Assembly (NCBI GenBank): GCA_951406725.2
Contig: OX597822.1
Span: 65,844,001 to 65,908,000, forward strand
Source of the DNA: Octopus vulgaris
Lineage: Eukaryota
DNA: 64,000 nucleotides
Direction of reading: 5' to 3'
The notes beneath the pieces were generated by a model. The model did not search any database. It worked only from the letters and a program-made list of their open reading frames with translations, and was not told the DNA's origin. Made by a program: the position numbers and the translations under genes. Of the stretch, positions 1 to 13,663 are shown piece by piece. Each line of letters begins with the position of its first letter. Position 1 is the stretch's first letter.

Positions 1-19
1 TAAATATATACATACACAC

Positions 20-38
20 ATGCATGCATATATATATA

Positions 39-89
<51 letters not shown>

Positions 90-103
90 GTGTGTGTGTG
101 TGT

Positions 104-165
<62 letters not shown>
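20..165. repeat. (TA)n/(TG)n compound microsatellite
   Basis: Directly visible; one of dozens of TA/CA/TATG/TAGA tracts in the window. Confidence 0.95.
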
Positions 166-167
<2 letters not shown>

Positions 168-1263
168 CGTCCATGTTTTATATATGCACAAAAACAGGTT
201 CAGCAGAAAAGTAATACCATCACTTAGTAATTTCTGATCGGATTATCTTAGAGAGCGATAAAATCAGCAGCAGACAATGCAATGATATCGATTTAATCGA
301 GTGGAACCTTTGAAGATGATGTTACCGCATGGCTGCATTCTGACGGGTGACACTTGTAGAAGAATAAGCGTAATGGCCATATTTGCATCACAGACCCATT
401 TCTAACATACACTGTTCGATTTTTATTACATTCCCCTTAGTATTTATTATTAAAAATTACTTTTCTCAGTAAAATTCTGTTTGAGAACACGAGCACAATT
501 ACTTTGGTGCTACACTTAGGCTTAATGTTATCGCTGAATGATTTTAGTGGGCGTTTAGTAAATATATTTGCAGTATTAAAGAGAAACCTCTTTAAGTTGC
601 GAGTATAAGGCAATTTACTAACAATAAACAAATAGCTTGAATAAGTCTGTGAATAGTTATTCCCATGTATCGATCGAGGTTTGTTTAGTAGGGAAATAGT
701 ATTCGGTAAGGGAAGAAGAGCTTTAATTACTGCGCAAATCAGACTCATCGTTAAAATCATTTTACGACTAACGCTCCTCATTGTGAATGAAATCAATTGA
801 AACCAGTGGCTAGATTTTATGTCAACAATTTTATGAGCTTTGAAAGAGACCTATTAATGAAAGATAAATGAAAAAGGCCCATGAATAAAATAGTGAATTT
901 TTTAAATACGTTCTCACTTAAAAGAATTCAGAAACTATATATGAAATTTAATGATATTTTTGCATTATTTATTGAATTTAGATTCTTTTAAACTTATTTT
1001 TATTATAACTAATAACTCCATACTTTTTGAAAAAAAGGGTATTAACTCTTCTCATTTCTCAAATGTATACAGACTAGAAAAGGCAATAATAGTGCATTCA
1101 GTTTTCACCCATCACCATCAAAATATCAAGCGAAATAATGTGTTGATGTATATTAGTTTCAATATATGACTTTTATGTTTTATATTTGAAGTAATATAAA
1201 AGGAAAAACTAAACCCCCACATTCTCTCTCTCTCTTTCTCTCTTTATATACATACACACACAT

Positions 1264-1336
<73 letters not shown>

Positions 1337-1896
1337 CTTGCATGCGTACGCGAATATATAGAATGCATACATATGCCAGACCTATACATATTTTTCATGT
1401 ATATATTGAAAATGCCTGTAGAAAAGTGCTGGTAAGTAAAACTGATATAAAATAAACTGACAGAATTCAATATTCCATAATCTGGTTAACAGGAAACACC
1501 TTTAAAATTCAATACAAACAATATAAACATTCACTAAAATTTAAATGAAGCAATATAGCTAACGCATTTCATTATCACAATAGCAGCTCAAAGGACTAAA
1601 TAGCTACTCCATAAAATGGAGCATGGATAAAAATGGCAAACCCATAGTACATGCAAACCATAGCATATGCAGCTTGTATTTAAAATAGTGAATAGTTGTG
1701 TTAAAATAATGAATATAGCGACCAATGTATTGAATACAAGAGACGAGTGTTTGCTCCATATGTCTAGAGAAAAGAAATTTCATGACTTTAAATATATGTC
1801 TGTAACGCCAGCCCACCTTATGTATTGCAATCTGAATAATTTCGAATATCTACTTCATGCGGAGTCATCTGCTTTTGAAAAGATTGAACACGGTAA

Positions 1897-1965
<69 letters not shown>

Positions 1966-1970
<5 letters not shown>

Positions 1971-3515
1971 ATATGTTACAATTACTCAATAGTCAAGATA
2001 AAACTCTGAGTTTCAGATGCCGAAGTGGAAATCCACAACATCTCTTCGGTTATTTGGCCATCTGAAAAATGCTATGAAAAAATACCGTTATATAAAGGGA
2101 AATTACTGTGTTATAATTCTGCTACTTATATAAATTAAGATTAAAAGTTCATAGTAAACACGTAAACATGGCTACTCATACGCTCATATGTCCGCTCGCG
2201 GACCCACGTGCGTACTTAAACGTCACTATGAAAACGTACACATCTTCACTCGCATTTTTCGCCAAATGTATACGTATATATATACAAACTCATGCACACA
2301 CACGCGTACCGTAAAAGTTCATACATACGTCTATATACGCACAAGCACAAGAAAAAACATGGTTAAAGATAACAGTAAAAAAAACATAACGAAGTATACA
2401 AAGCATAAAAACCACGTTCATATACGGACATGCCCTTATGCACTCATACACACGCCCATATGTGTACATACCCGCACATGTTTATATACGCATACACACA
2501 CACGCATACTCAAAAAATGAATATACATATGCCCAATAAAACCCCCCAAAATTGTAAAAAATACTAAGTAAAAACGTCTATATATATATGCATTCTTATG
2601 CCCGCACACACGCACACACGCACACATCTAAAACTGCCCACTCATACATATTCACACACGTGTACAAATGAATCTATATACACGTCTATATAGGCACAGA
2701 AAAAAATGCAGAATGGATGAGTACAGAAAAAATTATTATGTGTGAAAATATAAAAATATATGATATAATAAAAGCTATAATGAGATAAAAAAACTTTTTG
2801 GACATAATATAGAAAGCAAGTTCTATCTGTTTTCTTGAGGAGACCAAAAACGTAACAAAAATTTTGTCACATATGGGCATGATCCGAAAAGTTCTGTCCC
2901 TGAGTTTAGACATGTAGTAGGGTCTAAGCTGCTTTTCCAGGTAAGCCATCACTCCATGTCGCATAGACCGCACTTTCTGTTGCCGTTGGTGTAGGGCTTA
3001 CATTTGGCCAAAATTGTCCAATGGATGTTATATAATTGACACCTCTATCTTTTAAAGACCAAATATGATTAGATAATTTTGTCGCTTTTCTTTTGTTCCA
3101 GTGCCTTCATAGATGATGGTCTCGGACATGCAAGCTCCATTTAGCGGGCACAATTTTTTATTCCTGCATGAACAGCTGTTTTCTTGTTGTGGTTTTTGTG
3201 TGTTATGTTTGATTATATTTTTAAAATTGGTAGTTGAATTAAAACTAATTTTTAAATTGTGTTTATTGAAGAGTTTCCTATAAGTATGGTTAACTGGAAA
3301 ATGTCTATCTATCATTGTTAAGAAATATTTAGCTATATTGAAGGTCACTTCGAGTGAGTAAGGGGGTGTAAACCAGATGATCTTCCTATTTCTATTTTTC
3401 CTCTTTTTTACTGTTGGGCTAGTAACAGATGTATATATTATTTTTTCGCTAAAACCACTATTTACATAATATTGAGGTCTCTTTCTTTCTTTTGTTATCT
3501 TACCGTTTTTACCAA
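1966..3515 (-). mobile_element. 5'-truncated Penelope-like retroelement (linker/Zn-finger/GIY-YIG region + 3' pLTR) with inverted terminal tail
   Basis: Minus-strand frames give KIIWFTPPYS..FPVNHTYRKLFNKHNLKISF..CSCRNKKLCPLNGAC..IIYEG, then sequence matching the GIY-YIG C-terminus at 40091-40404. 1970-2120 matches 39770-39930. Flanked by (TA)n on both sides. Confidence 0.85.
1996..2055 (-). ncRNA. variant type-I hammerhead-like motif (PLE pLTR)
   Basis: aaataa-CCGAAGA-gatg..catc-t-GAAA-ctc-a-gag-TT-ttatct; same motif as 39799-39860 and 40943-41005. Confidence 0.55.
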
Positions 3516-3660
3516 TATATATATATATGTATATGAATCTAGATATACGGCGGTAGCATTTGTGTTTCCGATCGATTATTTTTATAGGTTTTAAAAGTTG
3601 TGGATTTGTAGATATCATCAGTTGGTCAGAACTCAACATAAAGCTAACTCCGTTTTACTG

Positions 3661-4110
3661 GAAGTGCGTAGCTTAGTGGTTAGGGTGCTGGATCATGATT
3701 ACAAAATTATGGTTTCCATTCCTGGACCTCTGAGGCATTGTGATCTGATCAAAATTCTTCATTTCACGTTGCTCCAAGTCACTCATTTTGCAAAAATGAG
3801 TGACATGGTAGGCAAGGCAATACCTTTATCTTTTCACCTGATGAAAACTTACTCGTCATCTTTGAAGTGTGTTTAGGGTCAATGTCATGTTCGAACATGG
3901 AAAGTCTTCGTAGTTTCTTGATGCTTTTCAACATTGTTTCTGAAATATGTTACAATGAACTCTTGATTCCATTGTTCTTTCAATGTATGTGAGTCTTCCC
4001 ATTACAGCCGCACTCATGCATACCCGTCCAAGTGGGGAATTCGTACGGCATGGAAACCGGGAACCGGACCTTATGAGTCGGTATGACATGATAACGGAAC
4101 TTTACCTTTA
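3661..4110 (+). mobile_element. degenerate tRNA-derived SINE (family C) interrupted by a Tc1 fragment
   Basis: A-box-like tagcttagtgg; central cttcatttcacgttgctcca similar to 49196-49517. Confidence 0.6.
3853..4024 (-). mobile_element. second, diverged Tc1 transposase fragment
   Basis: Aligns by eye with 4733-4905. Confidence 0.75.
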
Positions 4111-4732
4111 TATTCTTTTATTTCGCCGTGTTGAGATGAGACGGTTCAGCTGAGCTTAGATTGAACAGATCCGGAATAAAAGGGATAGATACTGCAAGAC
4201 ATTCTGTCCTAATAATTCTGCCAATCTAATGCCGTGGATCGGTGTATTTTTAATATCGGAGACAAAACTGACAAGAACAGAATATGAATTAAGTAGGTAG
4301 GCAATAAAAAAAAATACCATGGTGCTTACTACTACTAATTACTGACAGTTGAAGCATATTCAGGATATCATAAATGATGTAATCTCGGATAACAACCGAA
4401 ATAAACATTTTCTAACGCTGTCTTGAATAGGATCATTTTAACCTAATGATGTTGCCTGACAAAAGTGCATCACATGACGAAGCGGCAGCATTGATGCTGT
4501 CCTCTACCTACAGTAACTATATTTATACTCTACATTAAATATTGAGTTCTATTTTACAGAAGTATGTACACCCCTAAAAAGTTTGAGTTAAATTGCCTTT
4601 ACTCAGATAATATCGAAGGAAATCAAACGAGATTTATACTCAATAAGAGCACTCAAAGAGCGCAAACCTCCGCCAAGGCAACACCAACGTCCTCTCAACG
4701 ATTAGCCAGAGATGATCTTTAAAATGAGAATG

Positions 4733-5062
4733 TCGCCATCTTTGAAGTGTGTTTAGGTTCATTATCATGTTGGAACATGGAAAGTCTTCCTAGTTCCTTG
4801 ATGCTTTTCAACATTCTTCCTGCAATATGTCAAAATAAACTCTTGATTCCATCGTTCTCTCAATGACTGTGAGTTTTCCCATTACAGCCGCACTCATGCC
4901 TACCCAAAGTATAACACCTCCGCCGTCGTGTTTCACGGTAGGCACGGTGCATTTGTCGCTATTATCTTCACCAGGTCGTCGCCATGCTCGCTTAATACCA
5001 TCTGACTCACAAAAGTTGATTTTATTCCAAAACTTCCTTCCCTTACTCACAAGTTTCAGCAT
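4733..5062 (-). mobile_element. Tc1-family DDE transposase fragment (pseudogene)
   Basis: WRRPGE..CTVPTVKHDGGGVILWVGMSAAVMGKL.., then FQHDNEPKHTSK: typical Tc1 catalytic-domain motifs. Confidence 0.9.
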
Positions 5063-5090
5063 AAGAAAGACGACTAGATTACAGTGTTCA

Positions 5091-5224
5091 ACAGGTATTT
5101 ATTTTATCGATCTCGAAGCATCAAAGTACAGTCAACCTCCGTTAATTATAAATTCAGAATGTAAATCGAACGAAATGCCGCTAAGCATTTCTTCCGGCGT
5201 GCTAACAATTCTTCTAGCTTGCCT
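5091..5224 (-). mobile_element. degenerate SINE family B
   Basis: Matches the head of 13664-13893; a weaker copy lies at about 5495-5630. Confidence 0.6.
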
Positions 5225-6248
5225 TATATATCAATCAACATTTCCCATCGTTTTCTCTATAAAACTATGAAGGTGAGTTAAATTTTTAACCCTTGGCAAC
5301 GGTGTAATTGGTCACTGTTAAAGATTAATCAAATCTCAAGTCATCGATGGTGTGACTTCATCTCGCTTACTGTAGGAAGCTTGTCTCGCTTCTCAGCAGA
5401 TATATCAATCACTTGATAAACAAATAGATATATTTCGTTCTTTTAAATGTGCAAAGACAAATTCAGCAACCAGTTCTACACCGACCACAGTACCCACATA
5501 GTATTTATTTTATCAAAACCGAACGGATGAATGACAAATCCGAATTTACGGAATATGAACTCAGAACCTAAAGCCGAAAAAGATGAAGCTAAGGATTCCA
5601 TGCGAAAAATGCTGTCATCACCCCGCCTCGTAAATATACTGAAATATATAGTTCATTACTTGTTAGGCGTGGGGAAAATGTCGCTGTGCGTTAAGATGAA
5701 TTGCATGTTCTACCGATGCGCAAATAACTGAATGTGAAAATATAATGTAAATGAGCATTTTTGAAAATTGATAAAGTTTTTGAGGGCACTATCGAAATTT
5801 CGAGAAGGGGTGTTAAGGAAAATGGAAAAGAATGTGGTTCGAGGAAAATGAAGCTGATAGTTTGGTACGACGTCATTGCAGAGTATTTATGAAAAAAAAC
5901 AGATTAACATCATATATATACATGTATGTGTGTGTGTGTGCATAAACAGACATATGTATGTGGGTGTGCGTATATATACATATACATACATATATAGACA
6001 TACATACCTTTATATAATACTGGGAGTATGTACATATAACTTTTTATGTGTATATATATATATATATACGTATATACATATATATATAAATATATACATA
6101 TATATATAAATATATACATATATATATATACATATATGTCCGTATATATATAAGTATAAATATATCTATATGCATACACATCTATATATGTACATATATT
6201 ATATAAACGTAAATATAATATATACATGTATGTACATATCATACACAT

Positions 6249-6357
<109 letters not shown>

Positions 6358-6770
6358 TACATGTATATATGCATGTATATCAGTGATGTTTGCAAATGTA
6401 TGTATGAGTAAATATGTACCCGTTCATTCGAAATGCTGCACTGATGAGCTTTAAAATGAATTAAATCATGCTAATATGATTCTACAACTTTAAAGAAGAT
6501 ACTACCTCTGTTTCTTTTATGCATCCCTTCTTCTTATAGTTATAAGATCTATCATTCACTGAAGAAAGGTATATTTCAAATTGCTTTTATAAGAAATAGA
6601 TTATGTTACTGATCGTTTTACATGTACATATATGTTCTTTGATTGCGAACGCCATTACACTTCAACGCAGTCATCATGCTTACTTGTATAACTTAATGCA
6701 TGCATTCACACGCACACACATACATACACACATCACATCACATAGTACATGTATATATTTATATATATGC

Positions 6771-6811
<41 letters not shown>

Positions 6812-6905
6812 GAGATAGATAGATAGATAGATAGATAGATAGGTACATGCATATATATATGTGGGAGCATGTACATATAACATACATATGTATGTATATG
6901 TGTAC

Positions 6906-6957
<52 letters not shown>

Positions 6958-8013
6958 GTACGTATATATATATAAACGTAAATATCTGAATATATATAAA
7001 TACGTGTATATATATATATATATATATATAAATATATGTATACATATATACATATAAGTGTATATATATATGCATGTATATATATATATATATACATACA
7101 AGTATATATATATATATGTATACATATATATATATATATACATATAAGTATATATATATGTATGTATATATACATATATATATATATGTATATACATACA
7201 AGTGCAAATATATATATATATATATATATATTATTATATGTGTGTGTGTGTGTATAGTTGACGAATTGTTGTAAAGAGAGGTTAAAGAGTAGAAAGTCAT
7301 TGTAAGGTACGCCGACAACGTAAATTGCGCGGGATATGTTCGGGATTACATTACGCCTGATGCACTTAATAACTTTGTCATCTCAGCTTCAGATATATTC
7401 CTGTAAATGGCTTCTTAATTATCAGCTTGAAATTAAAAGTACCCATATTCATTTTCGTCCATGTGCAACGTGCAGTCATGACACCTCACATTACATAATC
7501 AAATATATTATATTACAATACAGAAAAGAAACACGGTAACTAGTGAATAAGCACTGTAATAAACACCATTAGCTATTTATATGTATATTACTTAGACTTT
7601 TCATCTTTCTGGGGGATTGCATTAATTTTAGCATTGCTGGTTAATTTAATTAAAGAATTTCTTCATTTATGTATAATTTCAATATTTCTCTACAAACCTT
7701 AATTGTTCTCTCATGCTAAATCCATTTACATGCTACTCAATGGAAAAGATTTTCGCAGTATATAGCATAGCTTAGTGTGTGTAAGTCTGTTTCTGTGTGT
7801 ATTAATATATATACACACATGCACATACGCCTGTACTTATTTACATATATATATATATTCATATATACGTATAAATATAAGCATTTACATATTTATTCGT
7901 GTACTTTTCTATATATGTGTGCGTGTGCATGTATGTATCCCTGTATGTATGTATATATACATCTATATATATATACATATATATATATATGTACATATAT
8001 ATACATATATATA

Positions 8014-8073
<60 letters not shown>

Positions 8074-8424
8074 CTAAGATATATATGTGTTTATGTGTTT
8101 TGTACGTATGTATTATATAAATTTAGTAAATAGATATGCATTTATATTTGATATTCTCACGAGTGTTTGTGTTTATACTTACCAGAGACAAGTTACGAAC
8201 CTGTCATTTTCCCTCAAGGTGCATGGACTGGCAAAGAATATATTCTTTATTCTTATAGAGAATTAACAGTTACCTTTATAAAACTTAATTTTTTTGGCTA
8301 TGAAATAGGAATAACAAAGACTTGCGCCTCCGTCATCGCAAGATATGCAAATCACCCTACCATGAATTGATGCAAAGCTAAATATCTCTCTACCGTTCTA
8401 TATTTAAGAAAAGAGGAATTATCT

Positions 8425-8560
8425 ACATTATTTAGATTATTTACATTTGACGGATATTTCTCCTTATCTTGTTTGTTGTTAACACAACGTTTCGGCTTCA
8501 TCAGGTGTCTTGGGGAAATTTCGAACCTGGGTTCTCATTCCTAAGATATTTTTCGATGTT
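8425..8560 (-). mobile_element. short PLE-pLTR-like element with collapsed hammerhead (8481-8509)
   Basis: Inverse homolog of 58298-58452; gacac-CTGATGA-agcc-GAAACGTT-gtgtt. Confidence 0.7.
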
Positions 8561-8812
<252 letters not shown>

Positions 8813-8908
8813 CGCAGAGATTGAGCAAGCATCTGGAAGAAAACAACCTGTTTCCAGAAGAGCAGAAGTGATGCTGAAAGAGCTCATACGGCTCTAAAGA
8901 TCTTGCTA

Positions 8909-9410
8909 GCGTGTCTGTGTTGTAAGAAGCTTGCTTCCCAGCTTCATTTTTCCTGGTTCAGTCCCACTTTGTGGCACCTTGTCTTTTATTATAGCTTCGG
9001 GCCGTCTAAAGACATGTGACGTGATTTGGTAGATGAAAACTGAAAGAAGCCCTTCGTTTATAAATGTGCATATATTTTTTAAAATTTTTATTTAGTTTCA
9101 GCTCACAAGCTGTGGCCATGCTGGGGCACCGCCATATGTGTGTGTTTTGTTTTTGTGTCTGTGTTTGTTCCCCACCGCCGCTTGACAACTGGTATTGATG
9201 TGTTTATATCTCCCTTACGTAGCGGTTCGGCAAAATAAAACCGGTGGAATATGTACCAGGCTTTTAAAAATCTGGCTTTTAAAGTGTCAATTAAAATCCC
9301 TTCAAGATGGTGTCCCAACATGGCCGCAGCCTAAAGACTGAAAAGTTATCAAGGCGGTGCCCTAGCGTGGCTCCAGTCTCATCGGTGAAAGAAGTAAAAG
9401 AATAAAAATA
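8909..9410 (+). mobile_element. degenerate SINE family A with nested LINE 3' stub (9091-9133)
   Basis: ggttcagtcccac head, cttgacaac..tagcggttcggcaaaa body, duplicated ggcggtgc tail. Confidence 0.75.
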
Positions 9411-9514
9411 TAATACAGGGAGAGAAAGAGAAAGAGAGAGGGAGAAAGAGAAAAAGAAAGAGAGGGACTGCAATAGATGATTCTGAAGCATTTAAAATCA
9501 TAGGAGATTTTGAC

Positions 9515-10320
9515 GTCGTGTATTGGTGCATATGGTATTCTCAAATGGGTACGTCCTACATAATTTTCATCTGACGTTGTTCCCTGGCTTTTCAAGAATC
9601 TTAATGTTGAGTTTGGTGTCCTTTAGAGCTTTTCTAAATCTACGGGCTAGTTCTCCACGGGCTGTGGTTTCTACAAACATCACTCCTTGATATTTATCAG
9701 TTTTATACCACGTGTTCGCCCTGTTTGCTTTGTTACAAGTTCTTTGTATCCTATTCCATTCTTTGTTTCTTTATCTAGGACAGGTACCACAGATATCATT
9801 TACGTATAATGTTGTTTAATTTCTTTCTAGTCCCCCTGTATACTCGAACCCTATCTTTCTGATCATATCCAAAGAACTGCATGCGGTGCATGAAGTTCAA
9901 TATATGCTTTTTCATTTCATAGGGTTCGCATAGTGGGGATTCATTGTTCATTATTCTAAGTCTGCTATCAGTATGTTAATTTTCATGATGTGCGACAAAG
10001 TGGAGTTCTTGTGAACAACGTATTTTGAAGTTATGGATTTCATGTAATAGGAGGGAGGAGCTGCACTCTATTGTTCACAGCCTCTAACCAAAGTTCTGTA
10101 TCAAGTGCAGGGAGTCTATTGTTGGGGTGCTTAGTGGGGTAATCTATAGTTACCTTGATACTTTAGTGGATGGAGTTAGCTATTTGCTGGATGCTCTCCA
10201 TTACGTTCTTCTCAGTTTCTGCATTACCGTCGCTAGAGTTGGTCCTAACTATTATATTAATGTCATCTACATATCTACTGTAGAGGTAGAGTAGGAGAGT
10301 TGTAGACTGTTCTGCTAACA
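9515..10320 (-). mobile_element. Penelope-like reverse transcriptase relic (divergent clade)
   Basis: Minus-strand frames give YSRYVDDINII..IKVTIDYP..RLPALD..FMHRMQFFGY..VMFVETTARGELARRFRKAL..IKILEKPG, with stops and frameshifts. Confidence 0.7.
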
Positions 10321-10535
10321 TTTATTTAAGTTTTCTGTCTCCCCCAGGTCATGAAAAATTACTGTTAAATAGCGCTTTCGTTCTTTATCGGTTGCCAAAT
10401 AAGAAGAAATGAAGTATACACTCCTACATTCGTTGCTTCTCGCAGTCTGTAAATGGTTTATGAATTCACGGTGACGAAAACGTGATGCTCAAGGCCTTTA
10501 CAATGAATGCATTAATGTATGTATGTATGCATACA

Positions 10536-10588
<53 letters not shown>

Positions 10589-11262
10589 CATAAGCAATTC
10601 ATATAAAAGCTACCTCATGTATAATAAAACACACGTAAGCAAGTTCAGATGTGATTTAGTGCTGAAATTTCAATGTTGATAAATATTATGCTGAAGTTTT
10701 TAAAAGATATATAATCATTTTTGTAAGTGGTGTCTATTATGCCGGGAATAATATATACTTACCAGTTGGTTTTTGGAAATTTCGTAATTAATAAATAGCT
10801 ATTGAGGTGTCTGCAACAATTCAACGATTCTGATCTTTCGCAAAATTGCAAAATCTGTTAGAGAAAATTATACTTCTCAGCGAGACAGATATTACAGATA
10901 TTGTACCCATTAATATAGTGGATCTGGCTGTTCTTTAAGAGACAAATCGATATTTTAATAATATAGTTTAGTAGCTTTTTTAAATTTCCGATATATTTAG
11001 TTAGGGAATTGATAAGGCAGCTGTTTTAGTTTCTAAATGGAAGCCTGTATGTCAACAACTTTTAGAAGTGGATATTGGGAAGCACTATATAAAATTTGTT
11101 TTAATGTTTTCTAGAAGGCAGACAAAAACGCTTGATAAACCAATATGCAAGAACAATAGATCTCGCAATTCCATAAATGAAAAAGTTTTGTGCGTTTTAT
11201 GGAAAAGTTTACATCTACATACATACATACATACGTATATAATATATAATATATATAAAATA

Positions 11263-11766
11263 CTAGCAGTATCGCCCGGCGTTGCTCGGGTTTGTAAGGG
11301 AAATAACTATATAAGCATTTTTAGAGAGTTACTTCCCTTATAAATTCGGGCTTTCTTAGCCATTTTTTTTGGTGTCTTCAAGCCATGAAGTCGTTGTTCT
11401 AAAAGAACGCTGGTTTCCTTCACAACGCATTACGACGTTGATTTCTTTACACTCCCTTCCCCACAGCTTCACGAGGGAGGGAAGGGGGAGAAGCAAACAG
11501 GTGCAGCTGTGAGCGTGGACGCCAACTCCGCCGCCATCGACATACGATGCATTTTATGCATTAAAATGGAATAAAAAATGATGTTAAATTATTTTTAAAA
11601 TCGTAGACTCATCGTTGACGCGCGCTAATAGTCAGACGGGCTCGATATGAATCACGACTATAAGATACCCGAATTTGGTTAAACTGCACCGCAAAATGTG
11701 GGAGGAGTTAGGAATCTAAATCGAAGGGGACAGACACTCACACAACTAGAGTTTTATATATATAGA
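11263..11766 (-). mobile_element. non-autonomous Helitron
   Basis: Minus strand starts TCTATATATATAAAA and ends cccgagcaacgccggg hairpin + cgatactgCTAG. Inserted between A and T with no TSD. Confidence 0.85.
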
Positions 11767-12352
11767 TATGTATGTATATACATGTAATGTGTGTATGTAT
11801 GTATATATATATACATATATATACATACACATACACACGCGCACACACACACATGTATATATATTTACAATAATAAGGGTGAAACATTGAATATTAATTT
11901 GATTAATATCAATTCAAAACCTGTGGTCTAGCATATAGAAGCATCTGAAGATTCAGAAAAACTATATTACATATATATAAGAGTGATGACCACTAAGTGA
12001 ACATCCATTATGTTAGAAGTTCACCCCCTATGGTCTTACCATATATATATATACTATCTATTATGCCACTTACCATCTGGTGTTTGCTTAATTTGCATGT
12101 ATATATGTTTATGCAAATTAAGCAATAGAATTTTAGTCATAAATATCGTGGGAGATAATGAACTCGGGAACAGCAGCAGCGCAGTGTATAAGTAAGCTGA
12201 TGAGGAAAGCTGAGAGGCTATGTATCCGTGCTAGGTCAAATGGAAGAGATCAGCACATTTTGCTGGGGTTGTATATATTTCATAACAGGTTGACTCACTT
12301 CTGTATAACTTGAAGATTCATGGCTACTAAGTGCGTCCACACCATCACATGC

Positions 12353-12760
12353 TTACTCTTTTACTCTTTTACTTGTTTCAGTCATTTTGACTGTGGCCAT
12401 GCTGAAGCACCGCTTTTTAGTCGAAGAAATCGACCCCAGGGCTTATTCTTTGTAAGCCTAGTACTTATTCTACCGATCTCTGTTGCCGGACCGCTAAGTT
12501 ACGGGGACGTAAACACACCAGCATCGGTTGTCAAGCGATGTTGGGGGTAAAACACAGACACAAACACACACACACACACATATATATATACATATATACG
12601 ACGGGCTTCTTTCAGTTTCCGTCTACCAAATCTACTCACAAGGCTTTGGTCGGCCCAAGGCTATTGTAAAAGACACCTGTCTAAGGTGCCACGCAGTGGG
12701 ACTGACCCGGAACTATGTGTTTGGTAAGCAAGCTACTTACCACACAGCCACTCCTACGCC
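12353..12760 (-). mobile_element. tRNA-derived SINE family A (CORE-like, octopus-type), full length
   Basis: Head ggcgtaggagtggctgtgtggtaag, B-box-like gggtcagtccc, internal (TA)/(TG) tract, tail gactgaaacaagtaaaagag. Confidence 0.9.
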
Positions 12761-13482
12761 TTACAAAGAATTTTAAGAAATTTAAAAAGATGTTTGAAGT
12801 GACTTCTGTTTCAAGTTACACATAGCATACGTTCCCCTTCAGCTATATTGTCAGGGAAAACTCCACCATACTTTTCACTTTTCGTCTGGGGACAGATGAC
12901 ACACAGTATGAATTTTTGGTTTAAATCCTTTTTTTACACAGCTGATGTGTTCATGATTGCCAAATCTGCCTTCCTGTGAAACTTCACATAATACACCAGC
13001 GTACAGTATGCAATAGTATGAAACTCGAATAATCGTATTGTTGTTACGAGATATATATACACTGTTATTGAATTGCAAGTACTTTGAATATATAATATCC
13101 CGGATATAGTCGACACCTAATTGGCAGGATATATAAATCCCTACTGCTAGAAGAATTTGGAGCACACAACCACCGGTAGTAATACTGGTCACTGACTGAC
13201 ATCATCAACTCCTTACCTCTTCATATGGAAAATTTGTTGTTGAAATGCTAACTACATATCTGACTTACTGACCTAGCAAGAGAACTGGTGTCGCAAAAGT
13301 AGGAAAGGCACCTCCGTAAACTGAACTGACAAATAGGCCACTTGAGGGCTCCTTACCCTATGTTGGGTTTTAAAGTTCGTTCAATTCAATTTAATGCGAT
13401 TCCGGAAGAAGTGTGCACGTGTTCTTCCTTTAGAAAACTTTAAACGAGGTGGAGTCGAGTCAACCTGTTATTACACACACAG

Positions 13483-13532
<50 letters not shown>

Positions 13533-13663
13533 GTGTGCACACACGCACTCACGCACATACGCACACTCGCACACACGCACATTCGCACACACACATTCAC
13601 ACACATACATATATCTATATATAAAAACATATATTTATAGCTACATATATAATTTTTATACAT

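Noticed and set aside
437-796. 119-aa ORF with hydrophobic N-terminus
   Set aside because: Non-ATG start and no recognisable motif; plausible by chance.
1667-1897. ORF ending at a good splice donor (CG|GTAAGT); similar donors near 1432 and 37633
   Set aside because: No convincing acceptor or protein similarity; needs RNA-seq.
6441-6475. CTGATGAG hammerhead seed
   Set aside because: No stem II, GAAA or stem III follows.
12192-12298. gtaag-CTGATGA..ataacaggttga-ctcac, possible decayed hammerhead
   Set aside because: GAAA and stem III need several corrections; too degenerate to call.
12820-12975. Possible minus-strand exon after tttcacag (KADLAI..)
   Set aside because: All three frames hit stops; the resemblance is too short.
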